From assembly GCA_965214935.1 (NCBI GenBank), contig CBDCCS010000001.1:1-64000 (forward strand): a stretch of DNA of 64,000 nt, read 5' to 3'. The notes under the pieces are model-generated. The model was not told the DNA's origin. It saw only the letters and a program-made list of their open reading frames with translations, and searched no databases. Shown piece by piece: positions 59,889-64,000 of the stretch. A program made the position numbers and the translations under genes. The first letter of the stretch is position 1; each line of letters opens with the position of its first letter. Source of the DNA: Candidatus Velthaea sp. GTDB taxonomy: Bacteria > Vulcanimicrobiota > Vulcanimicrobiia > Vulcanimicrobiales > Vulcanimicrobiaceae.

Positions 59889-61610
59889 GTGCTTACCACG
59901 CTCGTGATACCGCCTCGCGAACAACCCACGCCGTCCGCTCTTACCAAGAGAAAACGCCGGCGCCGGGCATTACTGATCGCACCATTCGCGCTCGCCGCGC
60001 TGGCGGTCGCGGGCTGCGGCGGCAGCAACGGCACCCTGCCGCTCCTATCGGGCGGCGCCGGCTCGACGCACACGGCGGCGATCGAAGCGGCACCGGTATT
60101 CGGCGTCAGCGATGCGGTTAGTGGCGCGCGTTCCGTGGCGCCGCTCGCTTTAACCTGGCCCAAAGGTGCGCCGGCCAACGGCGACGTGCTCGTCGCATGC
60201 GTCGAGAGCCAATGGCAAGCAACACCGGTGACCCCGGCCGGCTGGACGTCGCTCTATGCAGCCGGCGCATCGACCTTCGGCACCGCGCTTGTCTACCGCA
60301 TTGCCAACGCCGAACCGGCTACCGTGACGTTCGCGATTCCAACCCCGTATAACATCAGCGCCGCGATGATTCGCGTGAGCGGTGCCGCCGCCGTTGCACC
60401 GCTCTGGTCGCACGCCGCCGTTCGCAATGCCTCAACGTTGAACACCTCCGGTCTCGTACCCAACGCGCTCGGCATGCTGCCCATAGCGTGTTTCGGCGGC
60501 GTGAATGCAACGACGTTTTCCGCCGCCGCCGGCTGGACGCTCGGCGCTGCAAACACCGGGGGCTACGCGACGATGATCGAGCAGCGCCAGACGTTAACTG
60601 CCGATCTGCAAACGCCGGTGAGTGTAGCGGCGTCAGCTGCGGCGAAAAGCGCGAACATCGACGGTTACGGCTTGCTGATCGCAAGCGCCGCACCGGCCAC
60701 ACCGCCACCGTCTGCGCCGCCATCGGCCCTTCATGTTGTCGACGCCGGCAGCGGCTTCGTTTTCAAAGCACCGTTGACGGTGACGTGGCCGAAAGGTCGG
60801 CCCGCCCAAGGCGATCTGCTCGTCGCCTGCGCGGAGAGTCAATGGCAAGCCTTACCGCAGACGCCGTCAGGCTGGACGGCACTGTATGCCGCCAACGCCA
60901 CGTTCGGAACGGCACTCTTCTATAAAATTGCAGGTGCAGCAGAACCGGCGTCCGTCGGATTCGGCATTCCGTCTCCGTATAACATCAGCGCGTCGATCGT
61001 CCGCATCACCGGAGCAGCGGCGTCGGCGCCGCTGTGGTCGCACGCCGCGAACGCCGGTTTAGCGACGCTGGCGAGCCAATCGATCGTGCCGAATGTCCTG
61101 GGAATGTTGCCGCTCGCGTGCTTTGGCGGGGTAAATGCCGGTTCGTACACGACTGCCTCCGGTTGGTCGCTGACGACGCACGATAGCAACGGATACGCAA
61201 CGTCGATCGAACAGCGACAGTCCGACACGAGCGACATCACGAGCCCGATCTCCGTTAGCGCGACGACGTCGAATGGCGCCGCAAGCACGACGAACGACGC
61301 CTTCGGCATCCTTGTAGCGCCGGCCGCAATAACCGCGACCGGCCCGATCGGTCTCGATCCCTCGTCGGTCGCCTTTCAGAGTCCGCAGGCAGCGTCCGTG
61401 ACGGTTGCCGCGACCGAGCCGGGCATCACCGCGTTCAGCGCTTCGGGAACCAGCTGTTCGGGCATCGCGACGCTGGTAACGAACGGCGGCGGGCGATTTA
61501 CCTTGTCGCCGGTGGCAACCGGGTCGTGCAGCTTCACGATTCGTGACGCGAGCGGACACACTGCCGTTCTGCCGGTCAGCACGACCTCAACGGTTGTGAA
61601 CGTTCGCTAA
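59889..61610 (+). CDS. Putative surface lipoprotein with two tandem ~180-aa domains
   Basis: Basic stretch KRKRRRR, hydrophobic core, LAVAGC lipobox; internal duplication; start uncertain. Confidence 0.7.
   Translation: MLTTLVIPPREQPTPSALTKRKRRRRALLIAPFALAALAVAGCGGSNGTLPLLSGGAGSTHTAAIEAAPVFGVSDAVSGARSVAPLALTWPKGAPANGDVLVACVESQWQATPVTPAGWTSLYAAGASTFGTALVYRIANAEPATVTFAIPTPYNISAAMIRVSGAAAVAPLWSHAAVRNASTLNTSGLVPNALGMLPIACFGGVNATTFSAAAGWTLGAANTGGYATMIEQRQTLTADLQTPVSVAASAAAKSANIDGYGLLIASAAPATPPPSAPPSALHVVDAGSGFVFKAPLTVTWPKGRPAQGDLLVACAESQWQALPQTPSGWTALYAANATFGTALFYKIAGAAEPASVGFGIPSPYNISASIVRITGAAASAPLWSHAANAGLATLASQSIVPNVLGMLPLACFGGVNAGSYTTASGWSLTTHDSNGYATSIEQRQSDTSDITSPISVSATTSNGAASTTNDAFGILVAPAAITATGPIGLDPSSVAFQSPQAASVTVAATEPGITAFSASGTSCSGIATLVTNGGGRFTLSPVATGSCSFTIRDASGHTAVLPVSTTSTVVNVR
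60153..61319 (+). repeat. Intragenic tandem duplication (offset about 630 nt)
   Basis: TWPKGAPANGDVLVACVESQWQA vs TWPKGRPAQGDLLVACAESQWQA; both copies contain PYNISA, PLWSHAA, LGMLP.ACFGGVNA and IEQRQ. Confidence 0.9.
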
Positions 61611-62057
61611 CGGTGCGCGCACGTTGGCTTCAACCTCGCGCTTGAGCGCCGCGAGCATCATCTCAGAATTCTCGCGGATCTTGCGCGCCAACGTCGGCCC
61701 GATGAGCTCCGCGAGCGTCGGTACACCGAAGTCGAATTCGACGCCGAGCGTGACGTGTGTACTGCCGCCGCGCTCGGCAAACGTCCAGGCACCCTCGAAC
61801 GTATCGAGATCGCCCGCGATAAGTTTGTAATCGATGCGCGTGAGCGCATCATCGAACCGGTCTTCTTCCGTCCATTCGATCGGTGCATCCTCAACGAGCG
61901 TTTTCCAGCGCGTCACGATGTAATCGGGATGCCGCTCGAGGACCGTTACGCTTTGCACGTCGGGCATGTACTCGGGAAAGCGCTCTTGGTCTTTCGCGAA
62001 TTCATACACGTCGCGCGCCGGAGCGTCGATGGTGATCGCGATCTCAACGTACGCCAC
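61587..62057 (-). CDS. SRPBCC (START-like, Coq10/RatA-type) protein
   Basis: IDAP..DVY...D.ERFPEYMPDV, GDL..FEGAW. Confidence 0.85.
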   Translation of the reverse strand: MAYVEIAITIDAPARDVYEFAKDQERFPEYMPDVQSVTVLERHPDYIVTRWKTLVEDAPIEWTEEDRFDDALTRIDYKLIAGDLDTFEGAWTFAERGGSTHVTLGVEFDFGVPTLAELIGPTLARKIRENSEMMLAALKREVEANVRAPLANVHNR

Positions 62058-63400
62058 TAGCGCGGCCCGCCCGCCAACTCCACGCCTGTTTTCTGCTGCT
62101 GCGATTCGCCGGCGGGCACGAGCCGTCCGAGACGTTCGCGCGCGACGCCGACCGCTGCGTCAAACGCCTGCATGGCGGTTGCCACTTGTTCGGCGCTGAC
62201 GATTAAGGGCGGCTCCAAGCGGATGACCCGCTGCGCGTTGAGCGTCCAAGCCGCGGTGACGCCGCGCTTGAGCAGTTCGGGGACGATCGTTCCGCCGTAA
62301 CCTTCCGCGCGCAGTTCGACACCGACGAGCAAACCCGCGCCGCGCACGTCGGCGATAACCTCCGGATAGCGTGCTTGGGTCGCGCGGGCAAAGGCAAGCA
62401 CTTCGGCACCGCGGCGTTGCGCGTTGCGCGCGAGGTCGTCGTCGATCAAGACGTCCAGGGCGGCGAGGGCGGCGGCGCACGCAAGCTCGTTGCCGCCGAA
62501 GGTCGACGTGTGCATGAGCGGCGCCTTCGCATACGCGGCCTGCCACACCGCCGGCCGGGCGATATACGCGCCGATCGGCAAGACGCCGCCGGATAAGCCC
62601 TTCGCCAGGGCCATCACATCCGGAACGACTCCCTCGAGATCGCAACCGAACAGCGCGCCGCAACGGCCGAGACCAGTCTGCACCTCGTCGGCGATCATCA
62701 CGGCGCCGCTGCGATCGCACAAGGCCCGAACGCCGCGCAAGTAACCCTCCGGCGCGACGTTCACACCGCCTTCGGCTTGCAACGGTTCGACAATGAATGC
62801 CGCGGCATCGCCGATCGCTGCTTCGAGCGCCGGTAGGTCGCCGAACGGAACGTGCGTGACCTCGGGAACCAGCGGCCGATACGCTTCCTGGTAATACGCG
62901 CGTCCGCTGACGGATAACGCTCCGAGCGTCTTGCCGTGATACGCAGCGACGGTTGAAACGATCTTCGTGCGCTTGGTGGCCGCACGCGCGAGCTTGAGCG
63001 CGCCTTCGACGGCCTCCGTCCCGCTGTTGCAGAAAAACGAAATTTGCAAGTCACCCGGCGTTAGCTCCGCCAGCCGCTTTGCTAAGCGCCCCATGAGCGG
63101 ATTGAACATCGTCCGGCCCGAGAGCGCCATTACTTCGAGTTGCTCGCGGACCGCCGCAACGACGCGCGGATGACGGTGACCCAGCGTGAACACGCCGTAA
63201 CCACCGGCAAAATCGAGGTATGTCTTGCCTTGATGATCGGTAATCGTACAGCCTTGGGCGGACATTTCAACCGGACTGCCCGACAGCTTCATGACGCGCG
63301 CGAGAGGCGGATTGAGAAACGTCCGATAGTTTTCGTACGTTTCGGCGAAGACCTCGGACGCAGTTGGTTTGTGCAGGGCCCTTTGACGAGGCTGCGTCAA
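62057..63400 (-). CDS. Class III aminotransferase (PatA/HpnO/PigE-C-like)
   Basis: DFAGGYG, NSGTEAVEGALK, YHGKT, DEVQTGLGR, AKGLSGG, HTSTFGGN; TTG start overlaps the dus stop. Confidence 0.9.
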   Translation of the reverse strand: MTQPRQRALHKPTASEVFAETYENYRTFLNPPLARVMKLSGSPVEMSAQGCTITDHQGKTYLDFAGGYGVFTLGHRHPRVVAAVREQLEVMALSGRTMFNPLMGRLAKRLAELTPGDLQISFFCNSGTEAVEGALKLARAATKRTKIVSTVAAYHGKTLGALSVSGRAYYQEAYRPLVPEVTHVPFGDLPALEAAIGDAAAFIVEPLQAEGGVNVAPEGYLRGVRALCDRSGAVMIADEVQTGLGRCGALFGCDLEGVVPDVMALAKGLSGGVLPIGAYIARPAVWQAAYAKAPLMHTSTFGGNELACAAALAALDVLIDDDLARNAQRRGAEVLAFARATQARYPEVIADVRGAGLLVGVELRAEGYGGTIVPELLKRGVTAAWTLNAQRVIRLEPPLIVSAEQVATAMQAFDAAVGVARERLGRLVPAGESQQQKTGVELAGGPR

Positions 63401-64000
63401 GCGACGGCGCGTTCGGGCGTTATATCCAACCGGGCGATCGTTTCGCGCACGATGCTCAGCGTTTCGGCGGCGGTGGGCGTACGCATCAAGCGTTCGCGCA
63501 ATTCGCTTGCGCCGTAAAAGCCTTTGAGATAGTAGCCTAGATGCTTGCGCATCTGCGGGACCGCGCGGCCTTCGCCCCATTCGGCGACCATTGTTTCGTA
63601 ATGCACGACGGCAAAGCCTAAACGCACCGCCGCCGACGGATACGGCGCGGGCACCTCACCCGCCATGAGCGAGCGCAGCGCCGCGACTAACCAGGGATTG
63701 CCCAGCGTGGCCCGGCCGAGCATGACCGCGTCGACACCGCTCGCGCGCATCTGGTCGAGCGCGCTCTGCGCATCGCTCAGATCGCCGTTGCCGATGACCG
63801 GGATGTCGACGGCGGCTTTGAGCTTTGCAATATGCGTCCAATCGGCGCTGCCGCGGTAGAACTGCTTGGCGGTCCGCGCGTGCAGCGTCAACGCCGCCAC
63901 GCCGGCAGCTTGTGCGCGTTTGGCGACGTCGAGATAGACCAGGTCGTCCTCGGTCCAGCCCAGTCGCATCTTGACCGTCACCGGGCAGTCAACGGCGGCG
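63397..64000 (-). CDS. dusB: tRNA-dihydrouridine synthase, C-terminal part (runs off window end)
   Basis: PVTVKMRLG, LHART, ADW, IPVIGNGD, GRATLGNPW, MRKHLGYY. Confidence 0.93.
   Translation of the reverse strand, partial: AAVDCPVTVKMRLGWTEDDLVYLDVAKRAQAAGVAALTLHARTAKQFYRGSADWTHIAKLKAAVDIPVIGNGDLSDAQSALDQMRASGVDAVMLGRATLGNPWLVAALRSLMAGEVPAPYPSAAVRLGFAVVHYETMVAEWGEGRAVPQMRKHLGYYLKGFYGASELRERLMRTPTAAETLSIVRETIARLDITPERAVA

Overview
High-GC (roughly 60-65% by eye) bacterial chromosomal window; gene content and protein style suggest Eremiobacterota/Vulcanimicrobiota (inference). In order: the end of a glycosyltransferase cluster with a methyltransferase; an S53 peptidase; a DUF2079-like membrane protein; secD-secF followed by a HIRAN/RecQ-like helicase; a ~14 kb minus-strand cluster of strongly reduced flagellar/type III secretion genes with metF, a lytic transglycosylase and an aspartyl protease embedded; a GAF-PAS adenylate cyclase; rplM-rpsI; a Crp-family regulator divergent from a photoactive-yellow-protein homologue; truA, lysS, greA; a polyamine-catabolism operon containing a TonB-dependent receptor; a Uma2 pseudogene; assorted accessory genes; and an acyl-ACP-reductase-like / class III aminotransferase / SRPBCC / dus neighbourhood. 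The most striking system is the flagellum-derived cluster. Its MS-ring protein ends in a FliG-middle-like domain without the torque domain, its FliM lacks the CheY-binding peptide, its FliP lacks a signal peptide, and its ruler and rod proteins are miniaturised. This is consistent with a non-rotating, flagellum-derived secretion machine, but missing parts could lie outside the window. No rRNA, tRNA, CRISPR array or transposase was recognised. All family assignments are from motif recognition by eye; no searches were run.
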